Shown piece by piece: positions 18,540 through 28,329 of a stretch of DNA of 64,000 nucleotides. Position 1 is the stretch's first letter. Every line of letters starts with the position of its first letter. The stretch covers positions 4,300 to 68,299 of the forward strand of contig DASRKB010000102.1 in assembly GCA_035649175.1 (NCBI GenBank), given 5' to 3'. The stretch is from Burkholderiales bacterium. Lineage in GTDB: Bacteria; Pseudomonadota; Gammaproteobacteria; Burkholderiales; SG8-39. The notes below the pieces were generated by a model. It saw only the letters and a program-made list of their open reading frames with translations. It searched no databases and was not told the DNA's origin. The translations under genes were made by a program, and so were the position numbers.

Positions 18540-21459
18540 GAACCGCGAGTTGCGTTCCGCAGTTTCGAGCCTGCACCGCGCCGACGAGTCCGGCGCGGTC
18601 GAGCGCCTGCGCCTGCTGCAGCCTTCGCCCGAGGCATCCAAGCGCATCCATCTGAAAGCGCTGCGGCTCGCCGAGGCCGTGCGCTCAGCGCCGTCCGGGG
18701 CGCTTTCCGCCGAGTCGTTCCTGCGTCATTACGGCCTTTCCACGCGCGAGGGCGTGGCGCTGATGTGCGTGGCCGAGGCGCTGCTGCGCATACCGGACGC
18801 CGACACCGCCGACGCGCTGCTAAGAGACAAGCTGTCGTCGATCGAATGGAGCGCCGCCAGCGCGAGCGACTGGGCGCTGATGCTCACGGGTACCATCGGC
18901 CGATGGCATGAGGAGCCCGCCCTGCTGAAAAGGGTGGTGGCGCGGCTCGGCGAGCCCGTCGTCCGGGCTGCGGTACGCCAGGCGATGCGAATCCTCGCTG
19001 GCCAGTTCGTGCTCGCTGAGACAATCGGCCAGGCGCTCGAGCGCGCCGCCGTGCGCGCGCCCTACCGCTTTTCGTTCGACATGCTCGGCGAGGGCGCCCG
19101 CACCGCCGCGGATGCCGAGGCCTATTTCGCCGAGTACCTCAAGGCGATCGAGGCGGTGTCGCCGCCACATGCCGTGTCAGTCAAGCTTTCCGCGCTGCAC
19201 CCGCGCTTCGAGGAAGCAAAGCGGGCCCGGGTGCTCGAGGAGCTGCTGCCGCGGCTGCGGTCGCTCGCACGAGCGGCGGCGGACCGCAACGTCGGCCTGA
19301 CGATCGATGCCGAGGAGTCGGAGCGCCTCGAGCTCACCCTCGACCTCTATGAGGCCGCGCTGTCCGCCGACGCCACGCTCGGCCTCGCGGTCCAGGCCTA
19401 TCAGAAGCGCGCCGTGGCGGTGTGCGACTGGCTCATCGGGCTCGGTCGCTCAATGCGGCGTCGGCTGCCGGTCCGGCTCGTGAAAGGCGCGTACTGGGAC
19501 GGCGAGGTGAAGCGCGCGCAGCAGCTCGGCATGCCGGACTACCCGGTCTTCACGCGCAAGGCGGCGACCGACATTTCCTACGTCGCTTGCGCGACGAAGC
19601 TGCTAGCCGCCCCGGGCGCGGTTTCTCCGGCGTTCGCCACGCACAACTGCAGGACGGTAGCGACGATCCTCGAGCTCGCGGCAGACGCCGAGTTCGAGTT
19701 TCAGAAACTGCACGGCATGGGCGACGCGCTCTACAGCGCCCTGCTGGCCGAGCGCAACGTCCCGGTGCGCGTCTACGCGCCGGTCGGCAACTTCAGCGAG
19801 CTGCTGCCCTACCTCGTGCGCCGGCTGCTCGAGAACGGCGCGAATACCTCCTTCGTGCACCAGATCGCGGATCCGGGGGTGCCCTTGGACGCGCTGGTCG
19901 CCGATCCGGCGGAGGCGCTGCCCCGACCGTATGCGCCGGCCCCGCGGATTCCGCCGCCGCGCAATCTCTATCCCGACCGGCTGAACTCGCTCGGCCTGGA
20001 CCTCTCCCGGCGCGACATTCTCGATTCGATTCATCAAGCGATCGTCTCGGCCGAACCGATACCCTCAGTCACCCATACAGAACCCGCGGAGCGGGATGCG
20101 GCGATCAGCCGCGCCGCGGCCGCCTTCGCGTCATGGTCGCGCATGCCGCCCGCCGAGCGCGCCATCCACCTCGAGCGCGCGGCCGACGCTGTCGAGACGC
20201 ACATGCTAGAGCTCGTCTCGCTCATCGTGCGCGAGGGCAAGCGTACCTACGCCGATGCCGTATCCGAGGTACGCGAGGCGGCGGACTTCTGCCGCTACTA
20301 CGCGCTGCAGGCGCGCAAGAGCGCCCTGCCGCTCGAGCTGCCCGGGCCGGCAGGCGAGACGAACGAGCTGCACCTGCACGCCCGCGGCGTCTTCGCCTGC
20401 ATCAGCCCATGGAATTTTCCCCTCGCGATCTTCACCGGCCAGGTCGCCGCCGCGCTGGCGGCGGGCAATACGGTGGTGGCCAAGCCGGCCGAGCAGACGC
20501 CCGCCACCGCGCTTCGCGCAGGTTCGCTGCTTCGCGAGAGCGGCATCCCCGCCGATGCAATCCAGTGCGCGATCGGCGATGGCGAGACGGTGGGCGCACC
20601 GCTCGTCGCGGACCCGCGCATCGCGGGCGTGGCCTTTACCGGCTCCATCGACACGGCGCGGCGCATTAACCAGGCACTCGCGCGCCGCGAGGGACCCATC
20701 ATCTCTTTCATTGCCGAGACTGGCGGCGTGAACGCGATGATCGCCGACTCCTCGGCCCTTCCGGAGCAGCTGGTGGACGACGTCGTCGCCTCCGCCTTCC
20801 AGAGCGCCGGGCAGCGCTGCTCGGCGCAGCGCATTCTCTTCCTGGATGAAGGCACCGCGCCGCGTGTCATGGCGCTCATCGCCGGAGCGCTCGGCGAACT
20901 GAAGGTCGGCGACGCCGCCGAGCCCGACACCGACGTCGGGCCGGTGATCGACGAGCCGGCCTGGAGAGCCTTGTCGGCACATATCGAGAGGATGAACCGG
21001 GTCGCACGGAGAATCGGGGAAGCCGCGACACCGCCCGCCATCCCAGGACTCCATTTCATCGCTCCAGTCGCTTTCGAGCTCGCGCTCGAGCAGCTTCCTC
21101 GCGTCGAGATCTTCGGACCGGTGCTGCACGTGTGCCGCTACAGGCGCTCGGACCTGCCGGGCGTCCTCGCCTGGCTGCGCGATACGGGCTACGGGCTGAC
21201 CCTCGGCATCCACAGCCGCATCCAGGGCTTCGTCGAGGCAGTGCTCGCGGGCGCGCGGGTGGGCAACATCTACGTGAACCGCAGCATGATCGGCGCCGTG
21301 GTGGGCGTGCAGCCCTTCGGCGGAGAGGGGCTCTCCGGCACCGGGCCGAAGGCCGGCGGCCCCCATTACCTGCCGCGGTTCGCGACCGAGCGAACCCTGA
21401 CGGTCAATACAGCCGCCATCGGCGGTGTGACCGAGCTACTGAGTCGCGATCGAAGCTAG
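18538..21459 (+). CDS. putA: Bifunctional proline dehydrogenase / L-glutamate gamma-semialdehyde dehydrogenase (PutA, short form without obvious N-terminal DNA-binding domain)
   Basis: 973 aa, GTG start (uncertain). ...REGVALMCVAEALLRIPD..., PRODH barrel motifs, then ALDH motifs FTGS, EAGG-like ETGGVNA and catalytic Cys GQRCSA. Confidence 0.92.
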   Translation: MNRELRSAVSSLHRADESGAVERLRLLQPSPEASKRIHLKALRLAEAVRSAPSGALSAESFLRHYGLSTREGVALMCVAEALLRIPDADTADALLRDKLSSIEWSAASASDWALMLTGTIGRWHEEPALLKRVVARLGEPVVRAAVRQAMRILAGQFVLAETIGQALERAAVRAPYRFSFDMLGEGARTAADAEAYFAEYLKAIEAVSPPHAVSVKLSALHPRFEEAKRARVLEELLPRLRSLARAAADRNVGLTIDAEESERLELTLDLYEAALSADATLGLAVQAYQKRAVAVCDWLIGLGRSMRRRLPVRLVKGAYWDGEVKRAQQLGMPDYPVFTRKAATDISYVACATKLLAAPGAVSPAFATHNCRTVATILELAADAEFEFQKLHGMGDALYSALLAERNVPVRVYAPVGNFSELLPYLVRRLLENGANTSFVHQIADPGVPLDALVADPAEALPRPYAPAPRIPPPRNLYPDRLNSLGLDLSRRDILDSIHQAIVSAEPIPSVTHTEPAERDAAISRAAAAFASWSRMPPAERAIHLERAADAVETHMLELVSLIVREGKRTYADAVSEVREAADFCRYYALQARKSALPLELPGPAGETNELHLHARGVFACISPWNFPLAIFTGQVAAALAAGNTVVAKPAEQTPATALRAGSLLRESGIPADAIQCAIGDGETVGAPLVADPRIAGVAFTGSIDTARRINQALARREGPIISFIAETGGVNAMIADSSALPEQLVDDVVASAFQSAGQRCSAQRILFLDEGTAPRVMALIAGALGELKVGDAAEPDTDVGPVIDEPAWRALSAHIERMNRVARRIGEAATPPAIPGLHFIAPVAFELALEQLPRVEIFGPVLHVCRYRRSDLPGVLAWLRDTGYGLTLGIHSRIQGFVEAVLAGARVGNIYVNRSMIGAVVGVQPFGGEGLSGTGPKAGGPHYLPRFATERTLTVNTAAIGGVTELLSRDRS

Positions 21460-21959
21460 ATCTTGCGGGAATCGTAAGCCCAGTGCAGCAGTGCCTGGCG
21501 CTGGCGCGGACGGCAGAGCAGGCTGCCTTTCCTGCAGTGCTTCTTCAGCTGGACGACATGGCGGCGCACCGCGCGCCAGCGGGCGATCTGCCGCGCATCG
21601 TCCGCATGGCGCCGGCCCATGTAGTAACGGCAGTACCATTGGAACCAGCCGCGCGGGTCGTCGGGATGCATCCAGCCTTTCTCGCGCCAGACCGAAAGCG
21701 GCTGGGAAGCGCGCACGCCGAAGAAGTTGAGCTTTGCGTCGTACCGCTTCGGGGAGAGCTTGGCGCCCTTGAACCACGATGCGGGAAACTCCCGGCGGCA
21801 GTCGGTCATGTACTTGCCGCCGAACACGCCGAGCGCGAACATCTCTTTGGGCGTGAGCTCCGGCCGGAACTGCGGAGAGAAGTGACTGCCGGGAGGCTCG
21901 GTGCGAAAGTACCGGTATCCCTTCTGCATCCGGTCCCGGACCGTGATCCGACGCCTCAT
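21456..21959 (-). CDS. Conserved hypothetical protein (Trp/Arg-rich, 167 aa)
   Basis: ATGA overlap with the aspA stop. Coding-like composition. Motif PDDPRGWFQWYCRYYMGRRHADDARQIARW. I cannot assign a named family from memory. Confidence 0.6.
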   Translation of the reverse strand: MRRRITVRDRMQKGYRYFRTEPPGSHFSPQFRPELTPKEMFALGVFGGKYMTDCRREFPASWFKGAKLSPKRYDAKLNFFGVRASQPLSVWREKGWMHPDDPRGWFQWYCRYYMGRRHADDARQIARWRAVRRHVVQLKKHCRKGSLLCRPRQRQALLHWAYDSRKI

Positions 21960-23380
21960 TCCCGCGGCTTCTGCACCGACCAGTAGTGCGGCCGGGTCAG
22001 CATCTCGGGCTTGAGCAGCTTCTCGAGCTGGTCCTTGTCGATCAGACCTTTCGCGAGCACGAGGTCGTACACCCTCTCACCCGTCGCCAGCGCCTCCTGG
22101 GCGATCGCGGTGGACTGCGCGTATCCGAGGAAAGGCGTGAGCGCCGTGACGAGCGCGGTGGACTCCTCGAGCAGGCGCGCGGCGCGCTCGCGATTGGCAA
22201 CAATGCCCTTCACGCAGCGATCCGCGAGCGTGCGACAACCCGCGGTGAGGTGCTGGAGGCTCTCGAACAGGCTATGGGCGATGATGGGCTCGAACGCGTT
22301 GAGCTGGAGCTGGCCCGCCTCCGCCGCCATGGTGACCGTCATGTCGTTTCCGATCACCTCGAAGGCGATCTGGTTCACGACCTCGGGGATCACCGGGTTC
22401 ACCTTGCCCGGCATGATGGAGCTGCCGGCCTGCACGGCAGGGAGCGCGATCTCCCCGATGCCCGCGCGCGGGCCGCTTGAGAGCAGCCGCAGGTCGTTGC
22501 AGGTCTTGGAGAGCTTCACGGCGATGCGCTTGAGCACGCCCGAGAGCTGCACGAAGGCGCCAGCGTCCTGCGTGGCCTCCACGAGGTTGGGCGATACCAT
22601 GAGCGAGATGCCCGAGATTTCCGAAAGCCGGCGGGTGACCAAAGGCGCGTAGTCCGGGTGCGCGTTGATGCCGGTGCCGATGGCCGTCGCGCCAAGGTTG
22701 ATCTCGTGGATCAGCTCGCGCGCCTCGGCAAGGCGCTGCTCGTCCTCGCCCAGCATGACCGCGTAGGCGGAGAACTCCTGGCCAAGCGTCATCGGCACCG
22801 CGTCCTGGAGTTGCGTGCGGCCGACCTTCAGCACGCCGCCGAACTCCGCCGCTTTCCCCTGGAAAGCTTCTCGCAGGTTCGCCATTTCTCCGAGAAGCCG
22901 CGCGATCGCGAAGTGCAGCGCGACCTTGATTGCGGTGGGGTAGACATCGTTCGTGCTCTGCGAGAGATTCACGTGGTCCAGGGGATGCAGCTGCTGGTAC
23001 TCGCCGCGGGCATGACCCAGAAGTTCGAGCGCCCGGTTGCAGATCACCTCGTTGGCGTTCATGTTCGTGGAGGTGCCGGCGCCGCCCTGGATTACGTCGA
23101 CCACGAACTCGGCGGCGAGCTTGCCCTCGCGCACCTCCTCGCAGGCGAGCCGGATCGCCATGGCCCGCCCGTCATCGAGCAAGCCGAGCTCGCTGTTCGC
23201 GATCGCGGCCGCCTGCTTGACGCAGGCGAGCGCGCGCACCAGGTCCGGGTAGGTCGAGATCGGCATCCCGGTGATCGCGAAGTTCTCCAGCGCGCGCAGC
23301 GTATGGATGCCATAGTAGGCGCTGGCCGGGACGCCCCGGTCGCCCAGGAGGTCGTGCTCGATGCGCACGGGCTGCGTCAT
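21956..23380 (-). CDS. aspA: Aspartate ammonia-lyase
   Basis: 474 aa. [28 protein letters not shown], signature [11 protein letters not shown], class II fumarase/aspartase family. Confidence 0.92.
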   Translation of the reverse strand: MTQPVRIEHDLLGDRGVPASAYYGIHTLRALENFAITGMPISTYPDLVRALACVKQAAAIANSELGLLDDGRAMAIRLACEEVREGKLAAEFVVDVIQGGAGTSTNMNANEVICNRALELLGHARGEYQQLHPLDHVNLSQSTNDVYPTAIKVALHFAIARLLGEMANLREAFQGKAAEFGGVLKVGRTQLQDAVPMTLGQEFSAYAVMLGEDEQRLAEARELIHEINLGATAIGTGINAHPDYAPLVTRRLSEISGISLMVSPNLVEATQDAGAFVQLSGVLKRIAVKLSKTCNDLRLLSSGPRAGIGEIALPAVQAGSSIMPGKVNPVIPEVVNQIAFEVIGNDMTVTMAAEAGQLQLNAFEPIIAHSLFESLQHLTAGCRTLADRCVKGIVANRERAARLLEESTALVTALTPFLGYAQSTAIAQEALATGERVYDLVLAKGLIDKDQLEKLLKPEMLTRPHYWSVQKPRE

Positions 23381-23386
23381 GGGGTC

Positions 23387-23402
23387 ATTCTGGCACTATC
23401 AT
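23387..23402. promoter_or_regulatory. Back-to-back -10-like hexamers in a 29-nt divergent intergenic region
   Basis: + strand: TATCAT (23397..23402), 7 nt before ATG 23410. - strand: CAGAAT (rc of 23387..23392), 6 nt before ATG 23380. No SD on either side. Confidence 0.3.
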
Positions 23403-23409
23403 CGGAGTC

Positions 23410-24252
23410 ATGGAGGAGCTCGATTTCAGCAGGCCGGCAGAGAGGCCGCAGCCGGTCAATCTCGCCGCCGCGCTGAATTTTTTCCGCACCGCCGGTGTGG
23501 CCGAGAACGTGGACCTGGGAACCAACATCTTCGTCGAGGACGAGAAGAGCCGCCTCTTCTCCCGCAGGGCCCGCAAGATGTATCTCCTGATGGAGGGCGA
23601 AGTGAACCTGATTGCGGCGAACAAGCTCATCGCCGTGCTGAAGCCGGGCGAGATCTTTGGCGAGATGGCGGCGATCAGCGACTCTCCACGCGCCGCCACT
23701 GCGGTCGCGAAAACCCCGTGCCGGCTCATCTCGATGGACGAGAAGGGCTTCCGCGCTGCGCTGAAGGCCAAGCCCGATTTCGCGCTCACGCTGCTCGGCA
23801 TGATGATCAATCGCCTGCGCGGCATGCTTGCGCGCGCCAAGGATTCCGGCTCGCTTGGCGAGGCGAAGAAGGAGTCCCGCGTTTTCGACAAGAGACTGCT
23901 CGCGGCGCTCGCCAAGGGCCTCGGGCCGACCAACATCGCCCGATACGAGAAAGGCCGGACCATCATGACCGAAGGTCAGGCCGGCGCCATGATGTACGTC
24001 GTGCAGGAAGGCCGGGTGGCGGTGTCCATCCGGGGCCGCGTGGTGGAGCGCGTGGGCGTCGGCGGGGCGTTCGGAGAAATGGCGCTGGTGGACCAGTCCC
24101 CGCGCGCCGCCACCGCCATTGCCGAAACCGCCAGCATTCTCCTCACCCTGAACCGGGCGGTGTTCCTGCAGCTCGTGAAGACGCAGCCCGAGTTCGGGGT
24201 GGCGCTCCTCGCCGCGACCGCCGAGCGCGTGCGTTTCGTGGCTTCCCGCTGA
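23410..24252 (+). CDS. Tandem cyclic-nucleotide-binding (CAP_ED) domain protein without output domain
   Basis: 280 aa. Two phosphate-binding cassettes: [21 protein letters not shown] and [21 protein letters not shown] (PKA-like FGE...PRAAT). No HTH or enzymatic domain is visible. Confidence 0.85.
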   Translation: MEELDFSRPAERPQPVNLAAALNFFRTAGVAENVDLGTNIFVEDEKSRLFSRRARKMYLLMEGEVNLIAANKLIAVLKPGEIFGEMAAISDSPRAATAVAKTPCRLISMDEKGFRAALKAKPDFALTLLGMMINRLRGMLARAKDSGSLGEAKKESRVFDKRLLAALAKGLGPTNIARYEKGRTIMTEGQAGAMMYVVQEGRVAVSIRGRVVERVGVGGAFGEMALVDQSPRAATAIAETASILLTLNRAVFLQLVKTQPEFGVALLAATAERVRFVASR

Positions 24253-24263
24253 CCGGAGACCCC

Positions 24264-24992
24264 ATGATCTCGATCCGCGACATCAGCAAGTGGTACGGCA
24301 GCTTCCAGGTGCTGGGCGACTGCTCGACCGAGGTAGCCAAGGGGGAGGTCGTGGTGGTATGCGGCCCGTCGGGCAGCGGCAAGTCGACACTGATCAAGTG
24401 CGTGAACGGGCTGGAGCCCTTCCAGAAGGGCGAGATCGTGGTCGACGGCATCCCGGTCGGCGATCCCAAGACCAACCTGCCCAAGCTGCGCTCGCGGGTC
24501 GGCATGGTGTTCCAGCACTTCGAGCTCTTCCCGCACATGAGCGTCACCGAGAACCTGACGCTCGGCCAGACCAAGGTGCTCAAGCGCAGCAGGGAAGCGG
24601 CGGTCGAGAAAGCGCAGAAGCTGCTCCAGCGCGTCGGGCTGTTCGACCAAAGGGACAAGTACCCGGGACAGCTCTCCGGCGGGCAGCAGCAGCGCGTGGC
24701 GATCGCGCGCGCGCTGTCGATGGACCCGATCGCCATGCTCTTCGACGAGCCGACCTCCGCTCTCGACCCCGAGATGATCAACGAGGTGCTCGACGTGATG
24801 GTCGAGCTCGCCCAGGAAGGCATGACCATGATGGTGGTGACCCACGAGATGGGCTTCGCACGCAAGGTCGCGCACCGCGTCATCTTCATGGACCAAGGGC
24901 GCATCGTCGAGGACGCGGCCAAGGAAGACTTCTTCGGCAAGCCGCGCTCGGACCGCGCGCAGCAGTTCCTCTCCAAGATCCTGCACCACTAG
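24264..24992 (+). CDS. Polar amino acid ABC transporter ATP-binding protein (GlnQ/GltL-like), no cognate permease in window
   Basis: 242 aa. Walker [25 protein letters not shown], Walker [13 protein letters not shown]-loop VTHEM. GGAG lies 5 nt upstream. Starts 11 nt after the CAP_ED gene. Confidence 0.93.
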   Translation: MISIRDISKWYGSFQVLGDCSTEVAKGEVVVVCGPSGSGKSTLIKCVNGLEPFQKGEIVVDGIPVGDPKTNLPKLRSRVGMVFQHFELFPHMSVTENLTLGQTKVLKRSREAAVEKAQKLLQRVGLFDQRDKYPGQLSGGQQQRVAIARALSMDPIAMLFDEPTSALDPEMINEVLDVMVELAQEGMTMMVVTHEMGFARKVAHRVIFMDQGRIVEDAAKEDFFGKPRSDRAQQFLSKILHH

Positions 24993-25013
24993 AGATCGGG
25001 GTCAGACCCCGAT

Positions 25014-25598
25014 CTACTTCTTCAGCACCGAATCCGGGAGCTTGTATTCCGGGTAGCGCATGCGGAACGCCTCGAGCATCCTGTCAGCCTCCTCGTGCCG
25101 ACCCAGCCTGCGCAGTTCGGCGATGCGCTCGAGCACCTTCTCCGGCGGCTCCTCAGCGAGCTGCTTCGCAAGCATGCTGGCGGACGGCGCCTCGAGCGCG
25201 CGCCCGGCAGGGGCGGCATCCCGTGCGGCCGGTGCGGCCGGTGGGAGCTCTCGCTTCGGGCGCGCAGCGGCATCCCGGCGCGATTCATCCGCTTGCTTCT
25301 CCTCCCTGCCGAGCTCCTGAGCGGGATGCGGTGCCCGCATGAGCATCGCGGACTCGGGGTCCGGTCGCTCCTCCATTTGCATGTGCCAGGTAACGGCGAC
25401 GGAGAGCATGATGACCGCGGCCGCCGCCAGGGGGAAGTACCAGCGCCGCCGGCCAGCCGGTGGCACGAGCGGCGCGGGAGGCGCATCGGTGGCGCGCCGC
25501 GAGGCGGCGAGGATCGCCTCATCGAGCGCACGCGGCGGCTCTTGCGCGCCGAGCCCGCGGTAGCGGCGCGACACCTGAGGATCGCGCTCATCAGCCAT
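25014..25598 (-). CDS. Putative single-pass anti-sigma factor
   Basis: ORF trimmed to ATG 25598 (8-nt overlap with the sigma gene end). Short cytoplasmic N-terminus, one TM (WYFPLAAAAVIMLSVAVTW), Ala/Pro-rich periplasmic part. Called by position downstream of the ECF sigma gene. Confidence 0.6.
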   Translation of the reverse strand: MADERDPQVSRRYRGLGAQEPPRALDEAILAASRRATDAPPAPLVPPAGRRRWYFPLAAAAVIMLSVAVTWHMQMEERPDPESAMLMRAPHPAQELGREEKQADESRRDAAARPKRELPPAAPAARDAAPAGRALEAPSASMLAKQLAEEPPEKVLERIAELRRLGRHEEADRMLEAFRMRYPEYKLPDSVLKK

Positions 25599-26172
25599 CG
25601 TCAACCGCCTTCCTGAGCTTCGCCACCGCATAGCGTAGGCGGCTCTTCGCCGCCTCCACGGCCATGCCGGTTGCCCCGGCGATCTCCTCGACACTCATGC
25701 CGGCCTCTTCATGCATCAGAAAAGCCTCGCGCTGCGCCGGCGGCAGCGCCTCCAGCGCGCTTGCGAAGCGCTGCAGGTCCTGCCGGGCTTGCACCTGCCG
25801 CTGCGGGTCCGGATTGTTGCCTTCGACCTCCGCGCTGTCCACGTCCACCAGGGAAAGCCCCTTGCGACGCCAGTGGTCGACCAGCCGGTTGTGGGCGATC
25901 GAATAGAGCCAGGTGGTGAAGCGGGCCTTGGGCGCATAGCGCCGGCGCGCCTCGATGACGCGCATCCATACGTCCTGGTATAGCTCCTCCGCCAGGCCGC
26001 GCTCCTTCACGCTGCGCAGCACGAAACGATAAAGGCGGACCCGGTGGCGGCCATAGAGCGCCTCGAAGGCGCGGGCGTCGCCGTCACGATAGGCGAGCAT
26101 CAACTCTTCGTCGGCGCCGTCCACGGCGCGCAGTCTACCGCCACCGGCCAGCGCGGCAAGAATCGCTCCCAC
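25591..26172 (-). CDS. ECF-type RNA polymerase sigma factor (sigma-70 family)
   Basis: EELMLAYRDGDARAFEALYGRHRVRLYRF...WLYSIAHNRLVDHWRRK (region 2) and EEIAGATGMAVEAAKSRLRYA (region 4). The exact start is uncertain. Confidence 0.88.
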   Translation of the reverse strand: MGAILAALAGGGRLRAVDGADEELMLAYRDGDARAFEALYGRHRVRLYRFVLRSVKERGLAEELYQDVWMRVIEARRRYAPKARFTTWLYSIAHNRLVDHWRRKGLSLVDVDSAEVEGNNPDPQRQVQARQDLQRFASALEALPPAQREAFLMHEEAGMSVEEIAGATGMAVEAAKSRLRYAVAKLRKAVDDG

Positions 26173-26267
26173 GAAAGGTGAAACGCAGCGCGCCCCGGAA
26201 AGGGTCGAGATGATGTTTTCGATTGCGAGCGCGTAGAATGCGCGGCTTTCGCTCCAGCAGCAGGTTC

Positions 26268-26660
26268 ATGAAAAACGGCAAAGCATTCCCCATCCCGGTC
26301 AAAGTGAAGTATTCCTGCGAGAAGTGCCCCGCTTACTGCTGCAGCTATCCCGAGATCGAGGTCACGGCTCGCGACATCGAGCGCCTGGCGAAGTACTTCG
26401 GCCTGGCCCCTCGCCAGGCCGAAGAGCGGTTCACGAAGCTCGACCCCAAGGAGAAAGTGCGCTTGCTACGGCACCAGAAGGACCGGATCTTCGGTTCGGT
26501 GTGCGCCCTGCTCGACCAGAAGACCCGGCGCTGCAGTGTCTACGACGCTCGCCCGGCAGTGTGCCGCGCGTATCCCGACAGCAATCGCTGCGGGTACTAC
26601 GAGTTCCTTAAGTTCGAGCGCGCCCACCAGGACGATCCCAAGTTCATCGCCTTGACTTAA
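26268..26660 (+). CDS. YkgJ-family cysteine-cluster protein (UPF0153)
   Basis: Trimmed to ATG 26268. CEKCPAYCCSY...CALLD...RRCSVYDARPAVCRAYP pattern. TAGAAT at 26234..26239 lies upstream. Confidence 0.8.
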   Translation: MKNGKAFPIPVKVKYSCEKCPAYCCSYPEIEVTARDIERLAKYFGLAPRQAEERFTKLDPKEKVRLLRHQKDRIFGSVCALLDQKTRRCSVYDARPAVCRAYPDSNRCGYYEFLKFERAHQDDPKFIALT

Positions 26661-28329
26661 GCGCCTTCTCGCGGATCGCGGAAAGCGTCGTCGTCGGTGT
26701 GATGGCGTCCGGATCGATCCTGAGCTCGATCAGCGCCGGCTTGGCGCTCGCCCGCGCCCGCTCGAACGCCGCTGCGAAGTCCTCCGTGCGCTCCACCGTC
26801 TCACCGTGCCCGCCGAAGGCGCGCGCGTACGCGACGAAGTCGGGGTTCCTGAGGCTGGTGCCGTAGACCCGTCCGGGGTATTCGCGTTCCTGGTGCATCC
26901 GGATGGTGCCGTACAGGCCGTTGTTCACGACGAGCGCAACAAAGGCCGCGCCGTATTGCACCGCCGTGGCAAGCTCCTGGCCGTTCATCAGGAAGTCGCC
27001 GTCGCCGCATACCGCGAGCACGGGGCGCTCTGGATGCGCGAGCTTGGCCGCCACCGCCGCCGGGAATCCGTAACCCATCGAGCCGTTGCCGGGCCCGAGC
27101 TGCGTGCGAAAGCCCTTATAGCGGAAATGCCGGTGCAGCCACCCGGCGAAGTTGCCCGCGCCGCCGGCAACGATGGTGTTCTCGGGGAGGTTATCCGAGA
27201 GCCAGCGAATGATCTCGCCGTAGTGCAGCTTCCCCGGCATCGGCTGGGGCTTCGTCCAGTCCAGGTAGTTTTCCCGGAGCATCCGCGTTTGCGTCTCCCA
27301 GGAGGGATTCTTGTTCAGGATGACGCCCTCGAGCGCGCGCACGAACTGCGGATAGCCTGAATTGATGGCGAGCGCGGGACGGTACACGCTGCCGAGCTCC
27401 TCGGCGCCCGCGTGGACGTGCACGAGCGCCTGACTGGGCACGGGCGAGTCGACCAGCGTGTATGCGCTCGTCGTCATCTCGCCAAGACGCGCACCGATGA
27501 CGAGCAGCACGTCGGCTTCGCGCACGCCCTGCGCGAGCTTGGGGTTGATGCCGATGCCCACGTCACCGGCATAGCACGGGCTGCGGTTGTCAAAGAGGTC
27601 CTGGCAGCGAAACGCCGTGCCAACGGGCAGCGCGGCGCCCTCGACCCACCGCTGCAGCCTGCGGGTCGCCTCGCCGTCCCAGCCGCCACCGCCCAGCAGC
27701 ACGAAGGGTCTCTCGGACTTTTCCAGAAGAGTCTGGAGCTCGTGAATGTCCGAAGGGGCGGGCGCCGGCCTGACGCGATGCGCTTTGGGCACGTCGGCCA
27801 CCGCCGCCTCGGCGAAGAGTGTGTCTTCCGGAAGGGCGAGGACCACCGGCCCCGGGCGGCCGGCCATCGCCGTGTGGAAGGCGCGGCTCACGTATTCAGG
27901 GATGCGCTCGACGCGGTCGATCTGCGCGACCCACTTCGCCATCCGACCGTACATGCGGCGGTAGTCGATCTCCTGGAAAGCCTCGCGGTCGGCGAACTCG
28001 TTGGGCACTTGCCCGATGAAGACCACCATCGGCGTGGAGTCCTGGAAGGCGGTGTGCACGCCGATGGCGCCATTGGTGGCCCCCGGCCCCCGCGTAACGA
28101 AAAGCACGCCGGGCTCGCCGGTCAGCTTGCCGCTCGCTTCCGCCATGTAGGAGGCGCCGCCCTCCTGGCGGCACACGATGAACCGCATCGCGTCCTGCAC
28201 TTCGTGCAGCCCGTCGAGCACCGGCAGGTAGCTCTCACCCGGGACGCCGAACGCAACCTTCACGCCCTGGGCGAGGAGCGCGTCGACGAGGATCTTCCCG
28301 CCGTGGCGGGTCTTCAGGTCGCTCCTCAT
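26644..28329 (-). CDS. Thiamine pyrophosphate-binding enzyme (acetolactate synthase-like)
   Basis: ORF 26644..28968 trimmed to ATG 28329 (ATGA overlap with the upstream esterase stop). GGKILVDALLAQGVKVAFGVPGES, and TPP motif GDGDFLMNGQELATAV...NN. Confidence 0.88.
   Translation of the reverse strand: MRSDLKTRHGGKILVDALLAQGVKVAFGVPGESYLPVLDGLHEVQDAMRFIVCRQEGGASYMAEASGKLTGEPGVLFVTRGPGATNGAIGVHTAFQDSTPMVVFIGQVPNEFADREAFQEIDYRRMYGRMAKWVAQIDRVERIPEYVSRAFHTAMAGRPGPVVLALPEDTLFAEAAVADVPKAHRVRPAPAPSDIHELQTLLEKSERPFVLLGGGGWDGEATRRLQRWVEGAALPVGTAFRCQDLFDNRSPCYAGDVGIGINPKLAQGVREADVLLVIGARLGEMTTSAYTLVDSPVPSQALVHVHAGAEELGSVYRPALAINSGYPQFVRALEGVILNKNPSWETQTRMLRENYLDWTKPQPMPGKLHYGEIIRWLSDNLPENTIVAGGAGNFAGWLHRHFRYKGFRTQLGPGNGSMGYGFPAAVAAKLAHPERPVLAVCGDGDFLMNGQELATAVQYGAAFVALVVNNGLYGTIRMHQEREYPGRVYGTSLRNPDFVAYARAFGGHGETVERTEDFAAAFERARASAKPALIELRIDPDAITPTTTLSAIREKALKSRR

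Noticed and set aside
21456-21459. putA and the convergent 167-aa ORF share overlapping stop codons in a CTAG palindrome. Similar convergent overlaps occur at 40046..40096, 49938..49961 and 56865..56878.
   Set aside because: Short convergent 3' overlaps are common in compact GC-rich genomes, and some may reflect late stop codons. I saw no evidence of function.
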